From Campylobacterota bacterium (GTDB taxonomy: Bacteria; Campylobacterota; Campylobacteria; Campylobacterales; JAADDX01), in NCBI GenBank assembly GCA_013153685.1, contig JAADDX010000054.1, forward strand, positions 2,842 to 66,841: a DNA stretch of 64,000 nt, read 5' to 3'. Each line of letters starts with the position of its first letter. Position 1 is the first letter of the stretch. Below are positions 30,400 through 40,627 of the stretch, in pieces. Position numbers and translations under genes: made by a program. A model generated the notes under the pieces. That model was given only the letters and a program-made list of their open reading frames with translations, was not told the DNA's origin and searched no databases.

Positions 30400-31413
30400 A
30401 TGCTTTTGTGCAAAAACAGCAATTTAAGTTATTATAAAGGATTTTGTTTGATAGCTACAATCAACGAACTCAAGAAAAAACACAATATCACAATCGCTGC
30501 ACATTATTACCAAAAAGATGAAGTATTTGAATGTGCAGATTTGGTAGGAGATAGTCTAGAACTAGCCAAAAAAAGTCAAAATTTAAATGGGACTTTGGTT
30601 TTTTGTGGTGTTAGTTTCATGGGTGAGGCTACCAAAATTCTAAACCCGACTCTTAAGGTATACATGCCAAGACTCGGAAGTTGTTCGATGGCTAGGATGG
30701 CTACGCCAGAGGGATTTGATAAAGCTATTGAGCAGCTACAACAGCACGATATCGATTTTATCCCTGTGGTATACGTTAATTCTACAGCCGCTATAAAGGC
30801 GAGAGTAGCACGCTTAGGTGGGCTTACGTGCACAAGCTCAAATGCACAAAAAATCGTAGAGTGGGTATTGGCTCAAGGTAAAAAAGTATTCTTCTTACCG
30901 GATAAAAACTTGGGTTTTAATATCGCAAGAACACTTAACAAAACTTCAGCTTTAGTAGGCGATGGTGGTTATGAAAAGGCTGATATTATATGTTATGACG
31001 GCTTGTGTAGTGTGCACCAACTCTTTAGCGTAGAAGATATAGAATTTTACAAAGAGAAGTTTGATGATATTGTAATAGCAGCTCATCCAGAAGCTAGCAT
31101 AGAGGTATGCAAGAGATGTGATTTTGTAGGCAGCACATCACAGTTGTTGCAATACATCGAAAATTTACCGCCTCATCAAAAAGTAGCCGTAGGGACTGAG
31201 TATAACTTTATCAAAAGATTAAAACACCCAAATACTTACGTATTATCATCAACCAAACCAGAATGTGCAAGTATGAACGAAACTACGCTTGAGTCATTGT
31301 ATGAATTGATGATTGCTATTGATAATAATCGAGCATTTAATGAGATTGTAGTGGATCCCCAAACGGCACAAGATGCAAAAATTGCATTAGAGAGAATGAT
31401 GAATTTGTCATAA
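30400..31413 (+). CDS. nadA: Quinolinate synthase
   Basis: AAHYYQKDEV and a three-repeat NadA architecture. The start is ambiguous. ATG 30400 has no SD, whereas in-frame TTG 30448 has AAAGGA 5 nt upstream and gives a more typical N-terminus. Confidence 0.85.
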   Translation: MLLCKNSNLSYYKGFCLIATINELKKKHNITIAAHYYQKDEVFECADLVGDSLELAKKSQNLNGTLVFCGVSFMGEATKILNPTLKVYMPRLGSCSMARMATPEGFDKAIEQLQQHDIDFIPVVYVNSTAAIKARVARLGGLTCTSSNAQKIVEWVLAQGKKVFFLPDKNLGFNIARTLNKTSALVGDGGYEKADIICYDGLCSVHQLFSVEDIEFYKEKFDDIVIAAHPEASIEVCKRCDFVGSTSQLLQYIENLPPHQKVAVGTEYNFIKRLKHPNTYVLSSTKPECASMNETTLESLYELMIAIDNNRAFNEIVVDPQTAQDAKIALERMMNLS

Positions 31414-31422
31414 AGGAGTAGA

Positions 31423-32394
31423 ATGTTTGATAATAAAACAATATTAATCACCGGTGGAGCTGGATTTGTAGGTAGTAATCTGGCTTTATATTTCCAGCAA
31501 CACACAAACGCTAAAATCGTCGTATTTGATAAATTCAGAAGCGAAGAGAGATTTAGTAATGGAAATCTCAAAAGCTTCGGACATTATGAAAATCTAATCG
31601 ATTTTCAAGGGGTTGTGATTAGCGGTGATATCACAAATCAAGACGATTTAGATAGACTAAGAGAATATAAGTTTGATTATATATTTCATCAAGCTGCTAT
31701 TTCCGATACCACCGTGCTAGATCAAAAAATCATGATAGATACCAACGTCAACGCCTTTGCAGATTTGTTGGATATGGCTGTAAAGATGGATGCTACTATG
31801 GTATATGCAAGTAGTGCTGCAACGTATGGGGGTAGTGATACGTTTAAAATCGGCTACGAATCTCCAAATAACGTATACGGATTTAGCAAGCTTATGATGG
31901 ATAATCTTGCAAAAGAATATTATGACAAAATTCGAGTGGTGGGTCTTAGATATTTCAATGTCTATGGTCCAAGAGAATATCACAAAGACAAAACTTCGTC
32001 TATGGTATTGCAGTTTGGCTTGCAATTATTAAGAGGTGAAGCGGCAAAGTTATTCGAAGGTAGCGACAAGATTTTGAGAGATTTCATCTATATTGAGGAT
32101 GTTATAGAGGCAAATATCAAAGCTGCAAAAGCAAAAAGCGGTGTGTATAACGTAGGCACCGGTAAGGCACGATCATTCCAAGATATTGTAGATATTCTCA
32201 AAGATGAACTACATATCCAAAGAGATGATATATATATCCCAAATCCTTACATCGGCAGATATCAATTCTTCACTCAAGCTGATATTTCCGATACACAAAA
32301 ATATCTTGAATTCGCTCCTAAATTCACACTAGAAAAAGGGATAAAAGCGTATTTACCATACATCAAAAAAATTCATCAAAAGGAAGTAAAATGA
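31423..32394 (+). CDS. hldD: ADP-L-glycero-D-manno-heptose 6-epimerase (SDR family)
   Basis: 323 aa with ILITGGAGFVGSNLA, YGFSKLMMD (YxxxK) and RYFNVYGPRE. Confidence 0.75.
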   Translation: MFDNKTILITGGAGFVGSNLALYFQQHTNAKIVVFDKFRSEERFSNGNLKSFGHYENLIDFQGVVISGDITNQDDLDRLREYKFDYIFHQAAISDTTVLDQKIMIDTNVNAFADLLDMAVKMDATMVYASSAATYGGSDTFKIGYESPNNVYGFSKLMMDNLAKEYYDKIRVVGLRYFNVYGPREYHKDKTSSMVLQFGLQLLRGEAAKLFEGSDKILRDFIYIEDVIEANIKAAKAKSGVYNVGTGKARSFQDIVDILKDELHIQRDDIYIPNPYIGRYQFFTQADISDTQKYLEFAPKFTLEKGIKAYLPYIKKIHQKEVK

Positions 32395-33260
32395 ACATGG
32401 AAAGTTTAATCAAAGAAGTTGTAATACCGTTTGATAAGAGTATACAAGAGGATAAGGAAATTGCAAAATATTTCGCTTCAAAGGAAATATCTTCAAAATA
32501 CAATTTTGATATAGCAAAATTATCAATTGCTTTGTTGTATGATGCCACAAAAGCAAGAGAGATTATGATACAGCTTGCAGATACATACAAAGATTTGGGG
32601 ATAGATACCCAAACGATGCACAGATACATGATGATATTTTTCAAATTACACAAAAAATGGGCAAAAGAAAATTTCAATACAGATAATTACTACGATTTGT
32701 TAATGGATAAGTTTGATGATATGTTTGTAAAAATCTATGATGAAAAATTACAAAATAGCTTTTTTACAATAGATAGCGAAGAAAACGATGAATATGACGA
32801 ACTTATCAATCATGTGCTACAAACACACCATCAAAAAACTATTAGTGCCAAGGAATATCTAGACCAAGGTGACTTAACACAAGACGACTTGGCAGATATT
32901 ATCGAAACAATAGACAAATGTGAGGAGTTGTTAAATTACCAAACACTAGAGCCACAATTTCTTGAGAAATTTATCGGTATGATGCAAATGTTATCTTATA
33001 TTTTATACAATACTCAAGAATTCAAAGACGTAGGGTATGCAATGGAGCATTTCGCACAAGATCTAGAAGCTATCAATCTAGAAACATTGCCACCTCAAAA
33101 AAAAGAATTCGTTTGGAATATGCTTATACAACTTAGCAAAGATTTAGAAAAATGGATTAAGTACATATTTGTAGATAAAAGTGTAGATGATATTCACTAC
33201 TTTGATGCCTCATTCCTAGCAAGTATGGCACAATTTAATATATTGATTAACAAAGACTAA
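32391..33260 (+). CDS. Hypothetical acidic, apparently all-helical cytoplasmic protein; family not recognised
   Basis: 289 aa, Asp/Glu-rich, with no TM segment or signal peptide. ATGA overlap with the hldD stop implies co-translation. Confidence 0.7.
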   Translation: MNMESLIKEVVIPFDKSIQEDKEIAKYFASKEISSKYNFDIAKLSIALLYDATKAREIMIQLADTYKDLGIDTQTMHRYMMIFFKLHKKWAKENFNTDNYYDLLMDKFDDMFVKIYDEKLQNSFFTIDSEENDEYDELINHVLQTHHQKTISAKEYLDQGDLTQDDLADIIETIDKCEELLNYQTLEPQFLEKFIGMMQMLSYILYNTQEFKDVGYAMEHFAQDLEAINLETLPPQKKEFVWNMLIQLSKDLEKWIKYIFVDKSVDDIHYFDASFLASMAQFNILINKD

Positions 33261-33266
33261 TCTAAT

Positions 33267-33285
33267 CCCCAAGATAATCTTGGGG
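33267..33285. terminator. Hairpin between convergent genes (possible bidirectional terminator)
   Basis: CCCCAAGA-taa-TCTTGGGG is a perfect 8-bp stem with a 3-nt loop, lying between the stops at 33260 (+) and 33304 (-). No clear U-tract on either side. Confidence 0.45.
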
Positions 33286-33303
33286 CAGATTACATAAACT
33301 AGC

Positions 33304-35046
33304 TTATAGATATTGTTCCCCGTCGTAGATATAAATCAATGCATTTACATCTATATTATCGATATTATCTACACTAAAGCTGCATAGTATATTATCATCA
33401 CTAAGGTTTGCTTCGTTTTTGTTGTCCACATAAAATACGGTAATATTATTTCCATCTTCATACATTACCAAAGCTGCAGATGCGTCGGTATTATCTCCAT
33501 TTAGATCAATTACATCACTACAACCATTCTCATCAATCCCATAATCATTACCGCTCTTTACCACATATAGTGCTACATCATCTGATATATTTCCGGCTTT
33601 AAGAGCACTAATCGTATCAGAAGTATCTCTAATTCTATCATATACACTCAATGTCGAAACTGTCGGTGCCGAACCTAGTGCAAAAGCATTTTTGTTTAGT
33701 AATATCTTATCATGGTCATAATCATAATCCAAAATCGATACATGATGTATATCAGATATCCAAGATTCAAAAAACACATAATCCTCTCCAGCACCAGTTG
33801 CAAGTGTAGCACTCTCAATCATATCGTTAGCTTTTAGCACGATATAATCATCACCCCCTAAAGCATCGACTCTATCCGCACCAGCATTGATGAGAATTTG
33901 ATCATTTTGGTTTGTTCCGCTCATATCATCATACATCCCATCTCTTCCCACAATCCACATTCCATTTTCACTTTGGGCACTCATATCAAGCTTACTAATA
34001 TCACCATTATTTGGATCAAGTGTTACAAAAAAGTGCGGCTTCATATTATCTACATAACCATCGGAAAATACCAAATCATCATCGCTTATAGAAGCATCGC
34101 TAGTGTATACTACACTTCCTCTATCGGTGATTTTATACACATTATCTCCAGCACCCATCACCACATCAAATCCATCCTTTGTATCCACAACCAATCCTGT
34201 TGCTGATGGATTAAGCTTGATATTATCATCATTATTTGTTCCTATTACGTATTTGATTTGGCTCAGATCCACATCACTCAAATCATAAATATCACTATAA
34301 GCAACATTCAAATACAAAGTATCCCCTTGGATTGCATACATCTGAGAGCTATCCATAGTAGGAGCAACCCCAGCAAATGCACTAACAGCAGATAACTTAT
34401 CTGATGAAGAATCCAACTGTGTCTTGAGAGCTTGGATGTCATCTTGGGTTTTGATTTTGGATACAACAGCTTGCATAGTTTGCACATCTTCTTTGAGTCG
34501 TGTACTATCATCCGTATCGATACTATCTACACTATCTGCAATTTCCTTTGATGCTTGCACTCTATTAGTATAAGTTTGAGCCGCCTTTAGGGCATCGTTA
34601 AAGTAATCTTGTGAATATCCATGATCCAAATAATATTGCTGCCACATATCGGGATGTTGAGGAATATCAAGTGCAACATTTACAATATCCAAAATCGCCT
34701 CACCCAATGTTTTGGTATGATCATACACCGTATGTGCCCAATAATCAATCCCTTGCGGGTCAGATTCATAGGATTTATCAAACAATGTCTTATACACACT
34801 CTCAATAACATTTTTGATACTATCGTAATTATTCAAATCCAAATTCGCATAATCTGGATACAAATCACCCAAATCATACGCTTTAGTTGCATAAATAGCA
34901 CCATTTACCATATTTTCCGCAAGCTGTGTTTGGCTATATTGATGTGTTATAGAATCGTTATACCAATAATCCACTTCCGCTTTGCTAGGTGCTCTTTGGA
35001 ACATAGCAACGTATAATTCAATAATCTTATCTCTATCAATCATCAC
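33304..35046 (-). CDS. Large acidic DUF4214-type protein with degenerate RTX/beta-roll-like Gly-Asp repeats; probably exported
   Basis: 580 aa. Two DUF4214-like segments are present (IIELYVAMFQRAPSKAEVDYWYN and VYKTLFDKSYESDPQGIDYWAH). The C-terminal half has GTNNDDNI, GAGDNVY, GTNQNDQILINAGADRVDALGGDDYIVL and TGAGEDYVFF. There is no N-terminal signal peptide. Confidence 0.6.
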   Translation of the reverse strand: MMIDRDKIIELYVAMFQRAPSKAEVDYWYNDSITHQYSQTQLAENMVNGAIYATKAYDLGDLYPDYANLDLNNYDSIKNVIESVYKTLFDKSYESDPQGIDYWAHTVYDHTKTLGEAILDIVNVALDIPQHPDMWQQYYLDHGYSQDYFNDALKAAQTYTNRVQASKEIADSVDSIDTDDSTRLKEDVQTMQAVVSKIKTQDDIQALKTQLDSSSDKLSAVSAFAGVAPTMDSSQMYAIQGDTLYLNVAYSDIYDLSDVDLSQIKYVIGTNNDDNIKLNPSATGLVVDTKDGFDVVMGAGDNVYKITDRGSVVYTSDASISDDDLVFSDGYVDNMKPHFFVTLDPNNGDISKLDMSAQSENGMWIVGRDGMYDDMSGTNQNDQILINAGADRVDALGGDDYIVLKANDMIESATLATGAGEDYVFFESWISDIHHVSILDYDYDHDKILLNKNAFALGSAPTVSTLSVYDRIRDTSDTISALKAGNISDDVALYVVKSGNDYGIDENGCSDVIDLNGDNTDASAALVMYEDGNNITVFYVDNKNEANLSDDNILCSFSVDNIDNIDVNALIYIYDGEQYL

Positions 35047-35056
35047 TTCTCCTTAT

Positions 35057-35680
35057 CTAATACACGTAATTCAATACTTCTTTTAGATCTTTTTTATCTA
35101 TTATCACATTGGCTGCTTTTTTGAGCACATCTTTAGCACAAAATGCCACCCTTGTATCAGCATACTCAAACATACTCAAATCGTTTGCACCATCACCACA
35201 CACAAACGTATCTTCTTTTGATATCCCAAGTATGTGCTGCAATCTTTGCAACATATCACCTTTGGAGTAATTAAACATCATATCTCCGCCTACAAGCCCT
35301 GTAAGAATACCATCTTTAGCATGAAGTATATTTGCAAAATCAGCATCAAATCCTAACTGTTCTTTCGCGTATGAAGTAGCCACTCTAAAACCACCACTAA
35401 AACACACCACAGTATAACCTAGTTTTTTTAATTGGGAAATAGTCTCCTTTGCTCCTGGCATAAAAGGGAGGTTATGAGCTATTTTTATAATTTCCTCTTC
35501 TTTTAGACCCTTTAAGAGTTGAACTCTCATAATCAAACTCTCAAAAAAATCAATCTCTCCAGCCATAGCCTTGGCTGTCAAAGACGCTACTTTATCTTGG
35601 AGTCCAAGTGCCTTAGCAAACTCATCTATCGTCTCTCCATCCATCAAAGTCGAATCAAAATCAAACACTGCTAATTTCAT
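35057..35680 (-). CDS. serB: Phosphoserine phosphatase (HAD family)
   Basis: 207 aa with HAD motif I LAVFDFDSTLMDGE, a SGG region and GDGANDLSM. Confidence 0.85.
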   Translation of the reverse strand: MKLAVFDFDSTLMDGETIDEFAKALGLQDKVASLTAKAMAGEIDFFESLIMRVQLLKGLKEEEIIKIAHNLPFMPGAKETISQLKKLGYTVVCFSGGFRVATSYAKEQLGFDADFANILHAKDGILTGLVGGDMMFNYSKGDMLQRLQHILGISKEDTFVCGDGANDLSMFEYADTRVAFCAKDVLKKAANVIIDKKDLKEVLNYVY

Positions 35681-35715
35681 GAAAAACCTTTAAACGAATA
35701 AAAGGAAATAAATCC

Positions 35716-37047
35716 TTATATTCCTGTAGATACAAATACTGGAGCTGCAAAGATACCAAAATAAATAGTTCCAGCCAAAAGAATAAGTTGTCCTAATAAA
35801 CTACCTGGTGTCATATATATTTTGCTAGTATTATACCCATCCGTAGTATCAAAGTAGATATGTTTGATAACCCACGCATAATACCCCACAGATAATGCGG
35901 AATTTAACGCTGCAATAAGCACCAACGGCCACAATCCTGCATCTACCCCTGCCCAAAATGTTACGGCTTTTGAGATAAATCCAGCCATAATAGGCACACC
36001 TGCTAAGCTTAATAATTGAATTGTAAAAAATAGTGCATGAAGTGGACTTCTTTGATACAATCCTCTAATATCATCTAAAGTCTTAATATGAGCTTCTCTT
36101 CTTAGATCATTTAACAATAAAAACACACTTGTTTGCATAAAAATATACGCTACAGCCAAATATACTAATGCAGTATAACTATATCCACTTGCTATTGCAG
36201 CAAACGGAATAAGCATATACCCAGCATGTGCGATTGACGAAAATGATAAAATTTTTGCAATTTTCTTTTGAAATAATGCCATAAAATTCCCAAGTGTCAT
36301 TGTAATAATCGCAAAGAAACTAAACAATAAAACAGTTGTATTAAGGTATGCTTGTAAGAAAATATAAAATGCTTTGAATGTAGCAATTACGACTACTACT
36401 TTGATAACACTACTTAAAATAGCTGCAGCCGAATGGTTGATTTGTGCATACGCATCACCAGCCCAACCGTGCATAGGCACAATTGTCATCTTATAGAAAA
36501 TCCCAGCAAGCATAATACCTACCGCAACTAACGTAAAATTACCTCTTATTGCTATTTCCGCATAGTTAAAACTTGGTGTTACCATAGCAAATAGTGCAAA
36601 CCCTAGCAAAATAAATCCACTTGCAGTAGCCCCAGCTACAAACATTTTAATAGCACCCTCAGCGTTTAATCTACTTCTAATATTCGCACCTAGCACATAA
36701 GAAATAATCGCAATTACTTCAAATAATACAATAAACATCAAAAAGTTATTCGTCTCCAGCATAGCCATACTTGCCGCACCCAAAAATAACGTTTGTGATA
36801 CGAGCGGTCTCTCAAACCCGCTAAATGTCATCATTGTAGCTGCTAATACTATCAATACTACAATCTCTAAAAGCTGTATATCCGGTGTGAGAGTAAAATA
36901 CTCCATCGAAATACCATGCCCCATAAATACGTTAAATGCTGCAAATGCAAATGCAGCAGTTGCGATATATTTCGCAATAACGATTTTTCCTTTAAAGAAC
37001 AAAGGAACTAAAAGTCCGGCTCCTATTAATATAATCAAACTATTCAT
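35716..37047 (-). CDS. nuoN: Complex I-type subunit N (antiporter-like)
   Basis: 443 aa polytopic Mrp/NuoN-like protein, last gene of the nuo block. 1-nt overlap with nuoM. Confidence 0.85.
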   Translation of the reverse strand: MNSLIILIGAGLLVPLFFKGKIVIAKYIATAAFAFAAFNVFMGHGISMEYFTLTPDIQLLEIVVLIVLAATMMTFSGFERPLVSQTLFLGAASMAMLETNNFLMFIVLFEVIAIISYVLGANIRSRLNAEGAIKMFVAGATASGFILLGFALFAMVTPSFNYAEIAIRGNFTLVAVGIMLAGIFYKMTIVPMHGWAGDAYAQINHSAAAILSSVIKVVVVIATFKAFYIFLQAYLNTTVLLFSFFAIITMTLGNFMALFQKKIAKILSFSSIAHAGYMLIPFAAIASGYSYTALVYLAVAYIFMQTSVFLLLNDLRREAHIKTLDDIRGLYQRSPLHALFFTIQLLSLAGVPIMAGFISKAVTFWAGVDAGLWPLVLIAALNSALSVGYYAWVIKHIYFDTTDGYNTSKIYMTPGSLLGQLILLAGTIYFGIFAAPVFVSTGI

Positions 37048-38477
37048 TACATACCTCCAAACATTGCAAATGCATTATTTGCTATATCAAAGATTGGTTG
37101 AGGATATACACCAAAAAATACAATCAACACCGCATAAATACAAAGTGCCAAAAATTCTGGTTTACTCATATCAAATTTGCTTTTTGCAACAATTGGTGAA
37201 ATTTCCGCGTGGAACGCACGTCTAACTGCCCAAATCACATAACCAGCACTGATTAACGAAGCAATCGCCGCTACCGCTATCCACCATCCATAAGCTTTAA
37301 TAGCTGATACTATGATGGTAAGCTCTCCTACAAATCCCATCGTTCCTGGTAAACCAAGTGCCGCCATACCGGCTAATACGAATATCGCACTGATATAAGG
37401 TGCTTTTTGCATAATTCCACCCATCTCATCCATATACCAAGTATGAGTCTTGTGATGCACCCAACCAGCAATCAAGAACATTGGTGAGATCACCAAAGCA
37501 TGCCCTATCATCTCATAAAGTGCTGCACTCAATCCGTCATAAGTTACAGTAGCAATAGCCACCACTACAAGTCCCATGTGCGAAATTGATGAATATGCCA
37601 CCATTTTCTTAATATGTCTTTCATAAATCGCCAAGAACCCTGCAAATAATGTAGTCGTAAGACCCAATACAACCATATACATTGAAAACTGCATAGTAGT
37701 TGCCGGCATCATTTCCACTACAAATCTAATAAGTCCATACGCACCCATTTTAAGTAAAACACCAGCTAGCAATACCGAAATACTACTTGGTGCTTCCACG
37801 TGTGCATCCGGTAGCCAAGTATGAAATGGGAAAAGAGGCAATTTAGCTGCAAACCCAATAAACATAAACCACCAAATCAATACCGGAGTAGCAAGCATAG
37901 CCTCTTTAATCATAGTAAAGTCCATCTGCCCTGTTTGTTTGTAAATAAGGAAAAAACTCACAAGCATAAACATTGACGCGAAGTGAGTGTATAAGAAAAA
38001 TTTAATCGCTGCATAAACTTTTCTCTCACCTCCCCAAATACCTACCAAAAAGAGCATTGGAACAAGGGTCATCTCCCAAAAAATGAAAAACCACAAAAGG
38101 TTTGTTGTCATAAACACACCAAAAATCGGTCCCGCAAATAAGATTAGCAAAGAAAAATATGCTGCTTGCATTTTTTCTTCCCACGAAGTAAACACTACCA
38201 AAATCAACAGTGCTGCTGTTAATATCAACATAGCCACACTCAAAGCATCTACTTGCAACGTAAGTGCATAATCAAACCCCGGAACTCTCAAATAATCTCC
38301 AAGTACCAAAAATCCACCACCAACCGGTAAAGCATGGTATAAATCCACAGAGATAATCAACAATAATACAAATAATGCCAAAGCAGCCCATTTAGCCACC
38401 CATTCAGCACCCCTTGAGATAAAATACACAAACGGTGCTAGAAGCATCGGTCCAAATATCAACATTATACTACTCAT
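37047..38477 (-). CDS. nuoM: Complex I-type subunit M (antiporter-like)
   Basis: NuoM pattern: FFIFWEMTLVPM, WLPDAHVEAPSSISVLLAGVLLKMG. ATG 38477 (SD AAGGTG 6 nt upstream) is preferred over GTG 38486. Confidence 0.9.
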   Translation of the reverse strand: MSSIMLIFGPMLLAPFVYFISRGAEWVAKWAALALFVLLLIISVDLYHALPVGGGFLVLGDYLRVPGFDYALTLQVDALSVAMLILTAALLILVVFTSWEEKMQAAYFSLLILFAGPIFGVFMTTNLLWFFIFWEMTLVPMLFLVGIWGGERKVYAAIKFFLYTHFASMFMLVSFFLIYKQTGQMDFTMIKEAMLATPVLIWWFMFIGFAAKLPLFPFHTWLPDAHVEAPSSISVLLAGVLLKMGAYGLIRFVVEMMPATTMQFSMYMVVLGLTTTLFAGFLAIYERHIKKMVAYSSISHMGLVVVAIATVTYDGLSAALYEMIGHALVISPMFLIAGWVHHKTHTWYMDEMGGIMQKAPYISAIFVLAGMAALGLPGTMGFVGELTIIVSAIKAYGWWIAVAAIASLISAGYVIWAVRRAFHAEISPIVAKSKFDMSKPEFLALCIYAVLIVFFGVYPQPIFDIANNAFAMFGGM

Positions 38478-38478
38478 A

Positions 38479-40326
38479 TTACACACCTTTTACTATAATT
38501 AGAATTGCAACTACAATAATCGCAACACCAATTGCATATGTTCCGATATAATCACCAATTCTACCCGTATGTCCGATTCTAAATCCTCTAAAAATCATTC
38601 TTGCAAACGGCACCGTAGCATTTACAACCCAATCAATCATATAAGTATCAACCCATCTAAGAGCCCTTGCTATACCGTTTACTACGATGTTTTTACTAAT
38701 AAACGTAATTCCAGCTTCTACATAATATCCTCTAAATAATAATTGGTGAATAATTTGCATAAATCTATGTTTCGAAATTTTCTCAAGTAGATTCATCCCT
38801 TTTACATACAATCCTACAACAATAGCAAATAATGTCGCCATTCCAAGCAACAATCCTACAAGCAACCCTTTTACATGAGGCTCTTCAATCTCATGTCCTA
38901 CAATATACTCAACCGCATCAGTTTGATATAAAGCAATTCCAAGCGTAACAAACGCTAAAATTCCAAGAGGTAATCTAATAAAGAAATTTCCCGGTGCATG
39001 AACATGTCCCGCAATATCTTCATTTCTTGGCTCACCCAAGAAAATAAGAATCCAAAGTCTTGTAATATACGCAATAGATAAAAGCCCTGCAATAGTTACT
39101 AATGTATATACAAACGGGCTTCCATGCGTAATAGCTTCTGCAATAATCATATCTTTTGAGAAAAATCCACTAAATGGTGGCAGCCCAGCAAGAGACATAG
39201 AACCCATCGCCATGAATAACGCTACGTATGGAGCTGTCTTGATGAGACCTCCAAGCTTCCAAGCATCTTTTGTGTGGTGTGCTATATAGATAACTGCACC
39301 CGCACTTAGGAATAATAAAGCTTTGAAAATCGCATGGTTCATAAGATGAAGCATCCCTGCAGCCAAACTACCTACTCCAAGTCCTACAAACGCAATAGAT
39401 AAGTGCGACATTGTCGAATACGCAAGGATTTTCTTAATCTCTTTTTGCACCAATGCACTTGTAGCTCCAATAAATGCCGAAAGTGCTGCTACATTTGCTA
39501 CTACAAGCAACGCATCCGTATAAGCATAAAAATCAAAAAGTCTCGCTACGATATAGATACCACTATTTACCATCGTAGCACCGTGAATAAGTGCTGATAC
39601 CGTAGTAGGTCCTTCCATCGCATTCATTAACCACGGATATAGTGGAAATTGTCCAGACTTACCAACTGCTGCTAAAAAGATAAAAATAGCTGTTATAAAC
39701 GCTACTGTTTTGTCAATCTCACCAGCTTTTGCAAGACTATCTAGATCCACCATATTAATATTTCCAACAAAATATACCAAAAGCCCAATTGCGGCTAGAA
39801 GGAATATATCACCAAATCTTGTATATAAAAATGCTTGCATCCCTGCATCCGCAGCAGATTTGGTCTTAAACCAAAATGAGATGAGTAAATATGAAGCAAG
39901 CCCCATAAACTCCCAACCTGCAAATGCACCAATTAAGTCTTTTGCAATTACAAGTAAAATCATACCACCGATAAAAAACAATACTTTTGCGTAGTATCTC
40001 GGCTGATCTGGATCATCACCCATATAATCATGAGCAAAATGGATATCTGCAAACCCAAGTCCAGTCGCTATCAACAACATTACAATACTTAAATGATCTA
40101 TATAAATCCCAAGAGGTAACGTAAGATTACCGTATGCAATCCAAGTATAATCTATATCAATAGGAGTCTCTCCATAGTGCATAAATACATAAACAGATGT
40201 CCCAAACAAAATAGCCCCTACTATTTCTGCTACCCAAAAGGCTAACTTCTGGTTCATCTTTCCTAAAATAAACGCAAGTGCCGCACCTACGTATGGCAAT
40301 ATTAAATAAATACTTACACTAGTCAT
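38479..40326 (-). CDS. nuoL: Complex I-type subunit L (antiporter-like, with long C-terminal extension)
   Basis: GWEFMGLASYLLISFW and WLMNAMEGPTTVSALIHGATMV. ATG 40326 (AAGGGGG SD) is preferred over 40344. It overlaps the nuoK end by 8 nt. Confidence 0.9.
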   Translation of the reverse strand: MTSVSIYLILPYVGAALAFILGKMNQKLAFWVAEIVGAILFGTSVYVFMHYGETPIDIDYTWIAYGNLTLPLGIYIDHLSIVMLLIATGLGFADIHFAHDYMGDDPDQPRYYAKVLFFIGGMILLVIAKDLIGAFAGWEFMGLASYLLISFWFKTKSAADAGMQAFLYTRFGDIFLLAAIGLLVYFVGNINMVDLDSLAKAGEIDKTVAFITAIFIFLAAVGKSGQFPLYPWLMNAMEGPTTVSALIHGATMVNSGIYIVARLFDFYAYTDALLVVANVAALSAFIGATSALVQKEIKKILAYSTMSHLSIAFVGLGVGSLAAGMLHLMNHAIFKALLFLSAGAVIYIAHHTKDAWKLGGLIKTAPYVALFMAMGSMSLAGLPPFSGFFSKDMIIAEAITHGSPFVYTLVTIAGLLSIAYITRLWILIFLGEPRNEDIAGHVHAPGNFFIRLPLGILAFVTLGIALYQTDAVEYIVGHEIEEPHVKGLLVGLLLGMATLFAIVVGLYVKGMNLLEKISKHRFMQIIHQLLFRGYYVEAGITFISKNIVVNGIARALRWVDTYMIDWVVNATVPFARMIFRGFRIGHTGRIGDYIGTYAIGVAIIVVAILIIVKGV

Positions 40327-40627
40327 TGTATTTACCCCCTTCATCCAATTTATCTGGGATAACTTCTTTTGTGATTCTATTTGATAATAAGAATATCAAA
40401 ACTCCTGCCGCCGCTTCAAGTGTTGCAATAACTATCACGATATATGCAATAGCTAGATTTTGTGTCATACCAAAATGATACGCACTACTTGCCAATACCA
40501 AAATCACAGCATTTAAAAGCATCTCTAATGAAAAAAATATTCTCAAAAAATCAGCTTTATTCGTAACGCCGTATAACCCTATCGCAAATAAAATAATTGC
40601 GAATATCATATCTATCTCAAAACTCAT
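40319..40627 (-). CDS. nuoK: Complex I-type subunit K
   Basis: 102 aa with three TM helices and a conserved Glu in LEMLLNAV and TLEAAAG. Confidence 0.85.
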   Translation of the reverse strand: MSFEIDMIFAIILFAIGLYGVTNKADFLRIFFSLEMLLNAVILVLASSAYHFGMTQNLAIAYIVIVIATLEAAAGVLIFLLSNRITKEVIPDKLDEGGKYND

